Shown: one piece after another, positions 19,296 through 29,697 of the stretch | How positions within the stretch are numbered: position 1 is the first letter of the stretch | Layout: the number at the start of each line of letters is the position of its first letter | DNA from: an uncultured virus (IMG/VR IMGVR_UViG_3300044451_000218) | Taxonomy: Duplodnaviria; Heunggongvirae; Uroviricota; Caudoviricetes | DNA length: 64,000 bases | Strand: one strand, 5' to 3' | IMG/VR virus record: IMGVR_UViG_3300044451_000218 | Program-made: the position numbers and the translations under genes | The notes under the pieces: generated by a model | The model's input: the letters and a program-made list of their open reading frames with translations, nothing else | Database searches by the model: none | What the model was told of the DNA's origin: nothing

Positions 19296-19767
19296 AAAGG
19301 GTGCCTTCGAGGGTCGATTTGGTTGGCACCCGTGCGACCGGGAAACCTACCTCAAGCTGAAGCTGATCCACAAGGTCTTCTGGGAGTCGATCTTCCGGTC
19401 GGCCCAGTGGTATCGGTGGGACCGCAAGGAACCCCAGAACCGCGTACAGCGGTTCCATCGGGTCGAGGGCAAGCGGGAGAAGCTGTTTCCGCCGAAGCCG
19501 CTGCCCGAACCGAAGCTTCCGCCGTACCTGCTGAAGATCGAACACAAGAAGATCCACCGGACGTACACCGGGGACTACAAGCAGTGGATCGACCACGAGA
19601 AAGAAGTGGTCTGGTACACGCTGAAGATGAACCCGGACCTGTACGCGGCCGTCGCGGACTTCCAGAACGCGCGGACGCCGGTGATCGAAAGTCAGGTTCG
19701 GCCGCTGTCCTGCACGGCCGAAAAGATCGAAACCCTGTACCAGCAAGCCGTGGAGTGGCTTCGCTGA
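19276..19767 (+). CDS. hypothetical protein
   Basis: ORF with phage-like codon use. Confidence 0.65.
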   Translation: MNTKTNEKGAFEGRFGWHPCDRETYLKLKLIHKVFWESIFRSAQWYRWDRKEPQNRVQRFHRVEGKREKLFPPKPLPEPKLPPYLLKIEHKKIHRTYTGDYKQWIDHEKEVVWYTLKMNPDLYAAVADFQNARTPVIESQVRPLSCTAEKIETLYQQAVEWLR

Positions 19768-19771
19768 GAAA

Positions 19772-19809
19772 CAAGAAGCCCGGTAGTCAAAAAGACTACC
19801 GGGCTTCTT
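19772..19809. terminator. Hairpin terminator candidate
   Basis: AAGAAGCCCGGTAGTC-AAAA-GACTACCGGGCTTCTT. Confidence 0.7.
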
Positions 19810-19818
19810 ACATAACGT

Positions 19819-20403
19819 ATGCAAACGTCTTTCCTTTTGTGGATCGAAAACAAAGATCCCGAACTCGCCCGTCTGTTGGAAGCGGAATGGGGCCGACGCG
19901 ACCGCAAGGGCCGCGTGGGACTCATCGCCGGTTCCGCCGCCGCTGCCGCCGCTGCTCTGGCTGGAGCTTGGTGGATGGGCGGCAGCGATGCAAAACCCAC
20001 TTCCCACGCCGCGCCCCTGCCCGCACAAGTTGCTAAGAAAGAAGCCTCTCCGAAGCCGGTTTCGACGGAATTAGACTGGTACACGGGGCCGGACAAAGAG
20101 TATATTTTCAAGTACGCTTGTGACCCGTCGAACAACGGAAACACTTACTTCCGTTACTATGGTAGAGACGGGGCGACACAAGAGGGTTGGATCGCCAGAG
20201 TTCAGATGCCGGCTTCCGACACACAACCTCTGCGAGACGAAGACCTCGAAGCCCGGTTCAAGAGGCTCGCCCACGACGCCACGGACAAGATGAAGGACGT
20301 AAAGTGGCAGATCATAGCAAAAGGCCGAAAGAATCCGTACCCCAGAGAGGCGGGGACGGTGGAGATCGTGCTGTACGCCAAAAAACCAGTCGGAGAAAGA
20401 TGA
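19819..20403 (+). CDS. hypothetical protein with N-terminal SFxxWxE motif and a hydrophobic segment
   Basis: MQTSFLLWIENKD; GLIAGSAAAAAAALAGAWW. Confidence 0.6.
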   Translation: MQTSFLLWIENKDPELARLLEAEWGRRDRKGRVGLIAGSAAAAAAALAGAWWMGGSDAKPTSHAAPLPAQVAKKEASPKPVSTELDWYTGPDKEYIFKYACDPSNNGNTYFRYYGRDGATQEGWIARVQMPASDTQPLRDEDLEARFKRLAHDATDKMKDVKWQIIAKGRKNPYPREAGTVEIVLYAKKPVGER

Positions 20404-21401
20404 GCGAGACTGAAACCCAGTCGCCCGCCCGTTACCGTATTCAAGTAATTGTGAACCGCGAGATCATCTGCTCGCCCGCGAACGTGGACGAAACCGTGTC
20501 CTTCGAGTTGGGACGGCTCGCCAGTATGGGCTGCACATGCGTCGGCCACAACGTCACCAAGATCAAAGAAAAGCCCCAGAAAAAGCGGCTCGGCGAGTTC
20601 ACGCTCGATGACGTGATCCCCTACATCGCTACCTGCTCCCAACGAAACTACGTCGCCAACGGCCACACCTACACCGTGCGAATGAACTCGCAGCGGTACT
20701 TCGTGTTCCGCGACAGTCCGAGTTGCGTGGCGTGCGGCTTGACCGGCACCAAGATGATCTTGGAACAGCATCCCGGTGACAAAACCGCTCACTTCAACCT
20801 GTACGCCGAAGAGAACGGCGAACTGGTGCTGATGACGAAGGACCACATCCGCGCCAGGAGTGCCGGCGGCGAGGACCGCCACAGCAACTACCAGACGATG
20901 TGCAGTATCTGCAACAACATCAAGGCACACGAGTCGGTCGCACTGGAAGACCTCAGAAATCTGAGAGCGATCTACAACCGGCACGTCAACACGATGGCGA
21001 AGCGGGAATTGCACAAGGTTCTCGAAGAGGCCAAGAGACAGGTCGTCAGGAAGTCACTGCAAGAGGCGAAATGGGACGCAACTTACATTACGCAGCAGGA
21101 TCTGAACGTTTTTGTCTATACTGACGGGGAACTGGAAGCGGTCAGCGTTTACGCGCCGCTCGACGGCGAACACGTCTCTTGCATCTGCAAGGGGTGTCCG
21201 ATGTCGGGAACGGTAGTCAACGGCTGGTTCGTGGCCGAACTCGTGGACGGCACCAAAGTGCGTATGCCGTCTCGGTTCGTCAGACTCCTCGAAAAGAGTG
21301 GCGACGATGAAACGGGACTGTCGGACTCTGGAACTGCGTGTAATGACTTCGCCGAAGACTTGGGAGAAGTTCAAGCAGAAGGTGCGGGAAGCACGTCCTG
21401 A
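20400..21401 (+). CDS. HNH endonuclease domain protein
   Basis: CVACG...LMTKDHIRARSAGGEDRHSNYQTMCSICNNIK. Confidence 0.8.
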   Translation: MSETETQSPARYRIQVIVNREIICSPANVDETVSFELGRLASMGCTCVGHNVTKIKEKPQKKRLGEFTLDDVIPYIATCSQRNYVANGHTYTVRMNSQRYFVFRDSPSCVACGLTGTKMILEQHPGDKTAHFNLYAEENGELVLMTKDHIRARSAGGEDRHSNYQTMCSICNNIKAHESVALEDLRNLRAIYNRHVNTMAKRELHKVLEEAKRQVVRKSLQEAKWDATYITQQDLNVFVYTDGELEAVSVYAPLDGEHVSCICKGCPMSGTVVNGWFVAELVDGTKVRMPSRFVRLLEKSGDDETGLSDSGTACNDFAEDLGEVQAEGAGSTS

Positions 21402-22213
21402 TTTCCCGCCCTACGCCCGCGCCTTCTGTGCCATGCTCCTGTACGTCTTGGAGAACGCCGACGAAGGCGTCTTCAAAAGCAACCAGACCGCCATTCTCGC
21501 CCGCCTTCCCTTCACTCAGTACAACATGATGGTTGGGCCTGAGCGGGACAGGCAGCTTTTCTTCTACACCCCGTTCGGCGACACGATCTTCGTGACGGAC
21601 GAAAAGCACTTTTTGGACGAAACGACCTCAAGTGACGCACTTCTGGAGCCGATCCAGATTGTGTACCCCGATTGCCTCGACCGCGACGAACTGAAATGGA
21701 CGCGATTCCCGCTCCCGTTCGGTTCACACGGCCAGAACGCGATCAACCTGAACTCATTCGGAAAATGGTCATGAAAGATCTTCTTCGCAATCTGCATGTC
21801 GTCACCACGCACCAAACGTGGAGCCTGTTCGTGAAACAGGTTTCTGCAATCCCAGAGGCCACGCCAGAAACCGCCTTCCGTCAGATTCTGAAAATGGCAA
21901 TTCAGACCTTCCCCGCAGCACGGTATTCTGACAACATGAAGGCACTGCGCAAAAGATGGGAAGGGAAAGCGGCCAGCGTCAAGGCGTGGACTGCCAGCAT
22001 CGGTCTGCCTAGCGAGGCCGAAACCTTCCAGATCATCCCGGCCGAAAATAGGCTTGTGTTTTCCGCCGAGAAGTGTGGTGTGCCGTTTTTGGAAGACATG
22101 ATCCAGATCGCATATCCTGAGTGCATGTACAAGCCGTTTAACTGGATGCCGTTTAGCCGTCAAGTAGTTTTTGAAGGTCAAAACAAGTCCGGCATTAACA
22201 TTGGAGACGTGAA

Positions 22214-23491
22214 GTGAACCCCAACATCCGCCCACTCCCCGACAAAATCGGCGTCGGCTTCCTGAGTCCTGAAAAGATCGGCGCGAGCGATTACCGCGAG
22301 GAGCGGGCCGCTCACGTCTGGCACTACTTCTTCACACCAGAACGTTGGACTTGGCCGCTGTGGGACTCGGCCGATCAAGAGAAACCCGGCCCGTCGTTCA
22401 AGATCGACGCCTTCTCGCCCAATCTCAACAAGAGCCTGCACTTCGGCCATTTGCGTCAACTCGCACTGGCCCATTGCATCGGCCGTCTACTGCCACGCAC
22501 GCAATTCGTTTCGCTGTTGGGATGCACCGGCATCCTTCAGTCGGCACAAGACGAACTGAAGGACTGGCTCGATTTCCTCAACATGCGTCCGAAACTGTAC
22601 TACGACGCCCTGATGCCGCACGACCCGACCATCGTGGAGCGTCACGATGGAGAAGGCGACAAGGCCGGCGCGATGGTGTGGGACGGACCACTCGGCCCGG
22701 TCGTCGTCATGCGGAAGCCGGACGAATCGGGTCACCGCCGTCCGACTTATGCCTTCCACGATCTCGCTTTTGCGAAGATCGTGGGACCGGACTATTACAT
22801 CACCGGCGCGGAACAAGTTGAACACTTCCGCAGTCTGGGGTTGGGCAACAAGCACCTGCCGATGGGCCTCGTCGTTGACGCCGAGGGCAAAAAGCTGAAG
22901 AGTCGTTCCGGTGACGCGATGACGGCCAAAGAGGGCTTCGAGGCGGTCGAACTCGCCATGAAGCCGGTTCCAGATCCGAAGAAGATCGTCTGGAACATCG
23001 TGGCGTGGAACATGCTGTCGGTCGGCCGCAGCACGAACGTCAAGTTCGAGCCGGAAAAGTGGGTGAAGCCGGAAGCTCCGGGGATGTACTGCTCGTACAC
23101 ATGGGCGCGGCTGTACTCCGCTCTGGGCGGGCTGTACCGTGGCGACGGCAGTGACATGACCCAGAGCGATGCGGAACTGGCGGGGTATTCTCAGTACCGC
23201 CACTACTACATCGCGAAGGCTCGCCAGAGCATGGACCCGGCTCCGCTGGCGAACTACCTGTACGATCTGTGCCGCCGCGCTACGAAGGCGTACCACAGCG
23301 AGCGTATTCGTGACGGTCGTCGCGGGTTCCAGTTCGCGGTGAGCCACGCGATGAACGGCATCTACGACTGCATGAACGCCCTCGGCCTGTTCCCAATCAA
23401 GATGCGGGAGGAAGACGATGTTCGAGACAACGGGGCCGCATTACTGCCCGAACTGCGAGCCGATACTGAACAAGAAAGACCGTCGTGTTGA
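22214..23491 (+). CDS. argS: Shortened arginyl-tRNA synthetase-like protein
   Basis: FSPNLNKSLHFGHLR (HIGH), YITGAEQVEHF, KKLKSRSG (KMSKS-like), YCSYTWARL and DPAPLANYLYDL (DALR anticodon-binding domain). Confidence 0.8.
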   Translation: MNPNIRPLPDKIGVGFLSPEKIGASDYREERAAHVWHYFFTPERWTWPLWDSADQEKPGPSFKIDAFSPNLNKSLHFGHLRQLALAHCIGRLLPRTQFVSLLGCTGILQSAQDELKDWLDFLNMRPKLYYDALMPHDPTIVERHDGEGDKAGAMVWDGPLGPVVVMRKPDESGHRRPTYAFHDLAFAKIVGPDYYITGAEQVEHFRSLGLGNKHLPMGLVVDAEGKKLKSRSGDAMTAKEGFEAVELAMKPVPDPKKIVWNIVAWNMLSVGRSTNVKFEPEKWVKPEAPGMYCSYTWARLYSALGGLYRGDGSDMTQSDAELAGYSQYRHYYIAKARQSMDPAPLANYLYDLCRRATKAYHSERIRDGRRGFQFAVSHAMNGIYDCMNALGLFPIKMREEDDVRDNGAALLPELRADTEQERPSC

Positions 23492-23683
23492 CGAGCCGCT
23501 GAAGCTGGTCGTCAAGAACTACTCAGGGTGCGCCGTGGACATCGCCGTGTGTCCCCGGTGCAATCACCGCTTCCAGATCTCGTACAAGGTCGATAAGGTT
23601 TTGGACGTGGAAGAAGAGTTTCGCAAGATCGAGAGGTCTTACGAAGAACAGTACGCAAACATTCGAGACAAAAAGAAGAAGAA

Positions 23684-24067
23684 ATGACACTCGAAGAGTT
23701 CCTCGCCGCACCGTATCCCACCAACGCATTCATCGACCGCGAGGGGTGGGACACGTTGTACGTCCGCAAGGCTCCCATTGGCGTCAAGATCAACGGCAAA
23801 GTCCACCGCGTGAACAAGGTCTTCACGTTCGCGAACATCGGCGTGGACGAGCCGGGGCAAGGACTGTTCACTAAGTTGGTTGAGGAGTTGGTGGCACAAG
23901 GGTGGGCGATCTACGTCGAGTGCGTCCACGACTTGAACCCGCGATTCCAAGACGGGTTGCGGCGGCGCGGTTATCTGGAGTTGAGGGAAGAGGGCGGGCG
24001 GTCCTCGAACTTTCTGTTCAACTACGAGGGACACACCCACGAATGGGTGTATCACGGCGGAATTTAG
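23684..24067 (+). CDS. hypothetical, possible GNAT fold
   Basis: ANIGVDEPGQGLFTKLV...NPRF...RRGY. Confidence 0.45.
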   Translation: MTLEEFLAAPYPTNAFIDREGWDTLYVRKAPIGVKINGKVHRVNKVFTFANIGVDEPGQGLFTKLVEELVAQGWAIYVECVHDLNPRFQDGLRRRGYLELREEGGRSSNFLFNYEGHTHEWVYHGGI

Positions 24068-24741
24068 AGTTCGCGGGGCGACATAATCTTGTCGTACTTG
24101 TCGTAGTTGATGTAATCCCTCATCGCCGAACACAGGTATTCGGCCGTCAGTTCAGAGATGCCCCGGTCGTTCCTGATGTTGCGGGACAGTTCGATCTGCA
24201 TGCTCGACACTTTGTTGTCGTACTTGTGCTTGCGGAAGAATTGGTTCATGTTGTTTCTGGCCCACCCACTGTACATGCCGCCGGACTTCCCGACCCACAC
24301 GTCCATGCCTTCGTTCTGCAACAGCGTGTAGAACAGGTTCTTCCTCCACGGTTCGCAACTGAAGCTGTTGGGCGACCCCGCGCCGTAGCCGATCACGGCG
24401 TCAACGCCGGGTTGAGCGGCCATACCGTGGATGAAGAAGATGTGGCAGAAGGGGTTCTTTTTCAGTATCTCGTTCTTGAGCGTCCAGAGCGGAATCAAGA
24501 ACTCGTCAAACACCACATCGACCATGTGGGTCTGGTTATTACAGTCGGCCGTTTCGGTCGCGTAATCGTAAGCACTGCCCCGTCGCCAGCCGTGGTTGAT
24601 CACCGCGCTGCACTGCAACAGATCGACCAGATGGTGGGCGACGATGTCCGTGTTCACGTCGTCGCCTTTGGCCGCGTGAGGAGCGACGATCAGAATGGGC
24701 GACTTGCGTCCCCGGTGAATGCCAACTCGTTCCAAATACAT
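24064..24741 (-). CDS. N-formylglutamate amidohydrolase/zinc peptidase-like protein
   Basis: ILIVAPHA, FIHGM, MQIELS. Confidence 0.55.
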   Translation of the reverse strand: MYLERVGIHRGRKSPILIVAPHAAKGDDVNTDIVAHHLVDLLQCSAVINHGWRRGSAYDYATETADCNNQTHMVDVVFDEFLIPLWTLKNEILKKNPFCHIFFIHGMAAQPGVDAVIGYGAGSPNSFSCEPWRKNLFYTLLQNEGMDVWVGKSGGMYSGWARNNMNQFFRKHKYDNKVSSMQIELSRNIRNDRGISELTAEYLCSAMRDYINYDKYDKIMSPREL

Positions 24742-24758
24742 TGTACCCCTCTGGTATT

Positions 24759-26342
24759 CTAGCCCTTTTTCCTTACCGCGAACCAGTCCCAGTCGTATTT
24801 GTTGAGGTAGCTACAAACGTGGCTCCCCAGTTCTTTTGAGTAGCTCTCTTTGCAGTCTTCCCAACCGGCCAGCCTCAACATGCTCGCCCACCACTCCATT
24901 GATCTTATGCAGAGGTGGGTCGGATCTTCGTTTTCATTCGCACGCTTCTGTCTGTCAAATGAGTTGGCCGTATCTAGTACCGCAAAGAAAGTAGCTCCAG
25001 ACCGACAGACGCGATTCAACTCTTTCAACACGAACGGAACCAGTTCCGGCCTCATGTGTTCGAGTACCTGTTGCGAGTGAACGCCTGCGAACTTTTGATC
25101 CTCGAACATGTGCATGTTAGCGCCGTCGCCAACGTAAAGTGGGATTTCGGGCCATTTCTCTCGGCCCAGTTTGACGGTGTATTCGTTCAGGTCGATTCCA
25201 GACGGTTTGCAGCCGTTTTCTTGAAGTCCCTTCGCAATCGCGCCGCACGCACAACCGAACTCAAGTACCTCTTTGCCTCTCCACTTCATGCAGTCGGCGA
25301 TCCATCGGCCGTACTCTCGCTGCCAATCTCCGTAGGCGGCATAATCACACCCCGCCTCTTTGTGCTGTTCGTAGTAGGCTCGGTCATACGCGGTGGACCT
25401 GAGCAGTTTGGACTGTTGCATCGGGTTGCCGCAGTACGGAGCCGTTTTCAGCTTCTCGACAACCGTTTCCAGCAGCGTTGATCTGAAGTCGGCGTAGCGG
25501 CGGTATTGGTACTTTCGCTCGAAGTATTCGATGCCGAACGGACGGTTCTTGGCCTTCATGAACTTGCCGGCGTCGGACGGGATCAGGTGCAGAACGTCGC
25601 TCAACTCGAAGAAGTGAATCGGGTGGTGCCTGACCCAAATGCCGATTGACGGCGTTTGAGTAGCGCCGGCGACGTGTAACGGCCCGCTGTCAACTCCGAT
25701 GAACAGTTTCGACTTCGAGATCAACGCGGCGATTGTCGCCATGCAGCCGGTGCTGGTGCCGCCCCACATCGGGTGAAGTTTGTCCGGGTTGAAGATGGTG
25801 CGTTGATCGGGGAGCGGGCTTCTCCGGTCCCAGTCGAGGATTACCGGCGTGTAGTCGTTCCGAACGAGGTGTCTGCACACTTCGCCGACATCATCGTGGT
25901 TGATGTTCTTCTTGTCCTGGCTGCTCGTACCCTGATAGTGGATCGTGACGATTCCCTTCGACGGCGGCAACGACTTCAGGTAATCGTCAACGAGACTGAG
26001 GTGTTGTCGTTCGGGGTCGATCTGATACCTGAACAGCGACTCGTCGGGAGCGATTTTGAACTCTTCCAGAAGAGATCTGGTGACTTTGCCGCTCGGCAGG
26101 TTTTCGTAGCACTGTTGCGGCTCGAACCATTTTGTCGATACGATCTGGTCGAACGTGAGTTTGGGTGGCCGCGAGCCGCGAACGAACGAGTTTTCGCAAA
26201 GTTGTCTGAGGCCGGTGTGTTTGCCAACGGGGATCTCCGTAAACACCTTCCAGTCGGGTCGGTATTTACGGAGGTGTTTGAGTACGATGGAGAACTGAGC
26301 GGTGTCGCCGAGGCCGTGGTTGTGGCTGATAAGTACGTTCAT
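24759..26342 (-). CDS. GT9 (heptosyltransferase-like) glycosyltransferase fused to a class I SAM methyltransferase
   Basis: HGLGD...LFIGVDSGPLHVAGA; VLEFGCACG...QVLEHM. Confidence 0.85.
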   Translation of the reverse strand: MNVLISHNHGLGDTAQFSIVLKHLRKYRPDWKVFTEIPVGKHTGLRQLCENSFVRGSRPPKLTFDQIVSTKWFEPQQCYENLPSGKVTRSLLEEFKIAPDESLFRYQIDPERQHLSLVDDYLKSLPPSKGIVTIHYQGTSSQDKKNINHDDVGEVCRHLVRNDYTPVILDWDRRSPLPDQRTIFNPDKLHPMWGGTSTGCMATIAALISKSKLFIGVDSGPLHVAGATQTPSIGIWVRHHPIHFFELSDVLHLIPSDAGKFMKAKNRPFGIEYFERKYQYRRYADFRSTLLETVVEKLKTAPYCGNPMQQSKLLRSTAYDRAYYEQHKEAGCDYAAYGDWQREYGRWIADCMKWRGKEVLEFGCACGAIAKGLQENGCKPSGIDLNEYTVKLGREKWPEIPLYVGDGANMHMFEDQKFAGVHSQQVLEHMRPELVPFVLKELNRVCRSGATFFAVLDTANSFDRQKRANENEDPTHLCIRSMEWWASMLRLAGWEDCKESYSKELGSHVCSYLNKYDWDWFAVRKKG

Positions 26343-26442
26343 CCGCCTATTTAGCCGCGTCCCAGAACTCTTCCGCTTTCGTCATGGCGGCGATGATGTT
26401 GTCCGCGCCGGTGGCCATGCCAGTCGGCAGTCAACCACGTCT

Positions 26443-26817
26443 TCATTTGACTTCTCTGTGTTCGTGACCAATGGGGACGCTCATAACCCCGTGTTCGCGA
26501 CAGGATCGGATCTCGTTCGGATCGTTGTCGTAGTGAAGGCTGACGCCAAGTTCTTTGGCGAACGGGCCTTTCGGCATGTGGGCAGTATAGACCACTTTGA
26601 GGTGATCCAGCCCCAGAATCTTGAGATGCTCGATCAGTACGATTCGGTCTGGTTTATTAACCCTGTACCACTCTTCTTTGTCGTGCGACGGATCGCGGGC
26701 GGTGAGGATTATTACCTCGTCTCCGAAAGCGATGTGATTGTGCAGGATCTCGCAGATGTGTTCGACGTGGTCGTGGACGCCGGAAATCGTGTCATCGAAG
26801 TCGAAACTAACCTTCAT
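26443..26817 (-). CDS. HAD-superfamily phosphatase-like protein
   Basis: MKVSFDFDDTI, ILTAR, LHYDND. Confidence 0.75.
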   Translation of the reverse strand: MKVSFDFDDTISGVHDHVEHICEILHNHIAFGDEVIILTARDPSHDKEEWYRVNKPDRIVLIEHLKILGLDHLKVVYTAHMPKGPFAKELGVSLHYDNDPNEIRSCREHGVMSVPIGHEHREVK

Positions 26818-27482
26818 GCGTAACTCCTGTTTAGATTCCCTTCGTATTTTACACCATTCACAATTCTTGTTGTAGCCCAAAGAGGGCGAAGATTGGACAA
26901 AGCGTTTACTACAGATGGCGGGGTGTTTTGATGGAAGGCTGCGACGGGGATGATATGGTCAACGTGCCATTCTCCGTGGTTATCCCAAGACATTCCTTCA
27001 GTCCAAAGGGACTCTAAGTGCTTTCGGAGTTCCTTCGCCGAATAGCCCAACATGTTTATCGTTCGGTCGTTTTTCTTTGTGTTCATCCTTCGCAAAGATC
27101 CCGACAACAACGAACGCCAGACAACAATTGGCTTGTTCTTTTTACGCCATTTGCGTGCATAATTTGCAGCCCGTTTTTTCGATGACGGTTTGGCCCAGTA
27201 CGCGGGGTAGTTTGCATTTGTCCTGGCTTTGATTGATTCTTTGTTTTTCTGGTAGTGGGCTTTTTTGTACTCTTTGACACAAGGCAGTTTCTGTCGCTCG
27301 CACATGCGAGCTATTACCGATTTGCGATTTGCGGCGTACCAGTTTTTCTTTCGCTCGCTATTTTGTGGATAGGTTTTGCGGCAGTCGCGGCAATAAGGTT
27401 GCAGGCCGTCTTTTCGAGAGGCATCCTTCCCAAAAGCGACTGCCGGCTTTAGCACGGAACATTTGGCACAAAGTTTGTTCAT
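26814..27482 (-). CDS. HNH/endonuclease VII-like homing endonuclease
   Basis: CAKC...CRDC; GMSWDNHGEWHVDHIIP...NLRPLWA; AT-rich. Confidence 0.85.
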   Translation of the reverse strand: MNKLCAKCSVLKPAVAFGKDASRKDGLQPYCRDCRKTYPQNSERKKNWYAANRKSVIARMCERQKLPCVKEYKKAHYQKNKESIKARTNANYPAYWAKPSSKKRAANYARKWRKKNKPIVVWRSLLSGSLRRMNTKKNDRTINMLGYSAKELRKHLESLWTEGMSWDNHGEWHVDHIIPVAAFHQNTPPSVVNALSNLRPLWATTRIVNGVKYEGNLNRSYA

Positions 27483-27684
27483 GTTGGCTCCTAAATACGG
27501 AATCCTATGCAGCAAATCGAGATTAACATTGTTGACCTGACCTCTGCCATTCTAGAGGTTCGTTCTTATTTCGCAAAGCGCGGAATTCGAGTGAACCTTG
27601 CCAAGAAAAAAGCGCAGCACAACTTTACAAGTGGCCCACTTTTGCCTATCCTGATAAAACCAACTGAACCGGGAGGGAGCAACA

Positions 27685-29550
27685 ATGGGCCACGTCTTTT
27701 TGAAAGAAGACGAGTTTCTGGCGGCGTCGGCCGAGATTCGGCGTAACCGCCACGGCTACCGAGTCCAGCACGGCTCCCAAACCTATTACGTCTGGGCTTC
27801 CACTTCTACCCACGCGATGGGCCTCGTCGCCAAGCACACTCAGGCGATGACTTCCGAGGTCTACACCCAACGCGAAATCAAACACAACGTCTCGGCCCCG
27901 TCAACCATTGACGCCAAGCTCGTTTCCTACGTTTCCGCGATGACTCCCGACCAGCAGCAGAAACTTCGCGAAATCCTTCGCGCAATTCCAGAGACTCCGC
28001 AGTCCTGAACTTGTCAGGGGTGTGGCGTCTCTCATTCGAGGTGATTTATGGGTGTCGCCAACTACGCGATCCTCGAAAACCGGAGCAACGACAAGGTTCT
28101 CGTGATCGAGGATCGCGGCCCGTGGCACAGGTACAAAACTGTGACCAACGCGGCCGAAGAGGTGGTCGCCGAGTTGCACGCCTCCGGGCGGCTCGGCACC
28201 CGTCGCCTGTTCTACTACGACAGCGACGGGCGGAAAGACGAACTCACACACAACGGGAACGGCGTGTTCACCGGCTTCGCTCCCGGCAGTTGAGGACGAT
28301 CATGCCACAGGTCGATTTTGCCGCGAACCACCGAGAGATCTTGGCCTCTCTGTGGATTACGGAAAACCAGAAGAAATTGGTCGAGATGGACACGCCCGGC
28401 AGCAACGAGGCGTGGCGTGCGTTGGCCGCAATCATCCTGACCGAAAAGCACGCGATGTACCTCGCGCGGCACGAACCCAGACTCCTCGAACAGTGTCAAA
28501 AGGCACTGCTCTCGAAGGGCGAACCCAAACAGGAACCCAAGTCATGACCATCTGGGAAGCAGAGATCGGTTTCCGTCGCGTTGTTCAGACGCCCGGCAAC
28601 ACCATCGAAAAGATCAGTGCGGCAGCGGAACAGGAGTTCCAGCGGCTGACCGGAACCGACTCGGATTTCTTGTTTTGCAAAGTCGGGGATCTCGACCCCA
28701 TTCAGAGGAAGATCCAACATATCGGCAACGAGCCGATCACTGTGTTCGAGATCAAGATCGGCGTCGAGGACAACGTGAAACTCCCAGACGGCGCGGACCT
28801 CCCCATGCGTCTGGCGGTCGGAGCAGCGTTCGCGAAAGTGACCGGCTTCGGCCAAGACTACTTGTACAGCGGGTGGGGTGCGAGCCTGACGCCCGACGAA
28901 CTCAACCGACTGGAGAGCAAGTGATGCGTCGTGCCGTCAAGATCACCAACAAGACCGAATTCTGCACGCGGGCCATCCGCAGCATGATTCTGGCGGTGGC
29001 CCGGCGGGAACTCAAGAAGGGCGAATACAAAAACTTCGTCGTCAATGTCGGGACGCCCAAGAGCGCATTCGTGACCGGGAACGCCATGATCTCCCGGCAC
29101 GGTGCGACGGCCAGCTTCTCACTGTTCATCCCGAAGGCCCAGACCGACATGGTTGAAGTCGCCAACCGCGTCAAGACGTGCCTCGATTACGTTCGCGGGC
29201 GGTTCGGGTACAAGGACGGAACGCTGTTCCGCGACTGGTACGAACGCAAGGGCAAAGCCGAAGACTTTCAGTACCTGCCATCCCAGACGCTCCCGAAGGC
29301 CGCGCCGAAGCCGCCGAAGGCCAAAGGTGCCGCAGCCGCTCTGGAAGGCATGGCGAAGGCTCAAGAGCGTGTGACGCATTGGGAAGGCCGGTTGCGGTCG
29401 GCCGAGACTCGCCTCAAGAAGTGGAGACGACGGTTGCGGTACTACGAAAACCGCAGCCACGATCTCGGCAAGTCCGAGGCGGCGGCGAAGGAAGCCAACA
29501 GCATGACGGCTTCGGAGTTCAGCAAGATGACACCCGTCAACGAGCAATGA
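27685..29550 (+). other. Run of hypothetical ORFs (27685-28008, 28048-28293, 28302-28547, 28544-28924, 28924-29550)
   Basis: Coupled ORFs with RBS-like sites. Confidence 0.55.
27981..28014 (+). promoter_or_regulatory. Bipartite promoter-like motif CGCAAWTYCRGAGAC-N14-CTTGT; copies at 27981, 29621, 30813, 31980, 34088, 45879, 48368, 53890
   Basis: Eight copies seen; fixed spacer; each lies upstream of a gene start. Confidence 0.8.
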
Positions 29551-29697
29551 TTTCTGGAAACAAGAGCGGCGTTTTACGCCGCTCTTGTCATGTCTTTTCT
29601 TGGGTCGGGAAAAACTTTGGCGCAATTTCGGAGACGGCGGATTCCTGTGCGTATCGGTAGTGTGGACACGACGATCACAACCCAAACGGAGCGAGCC

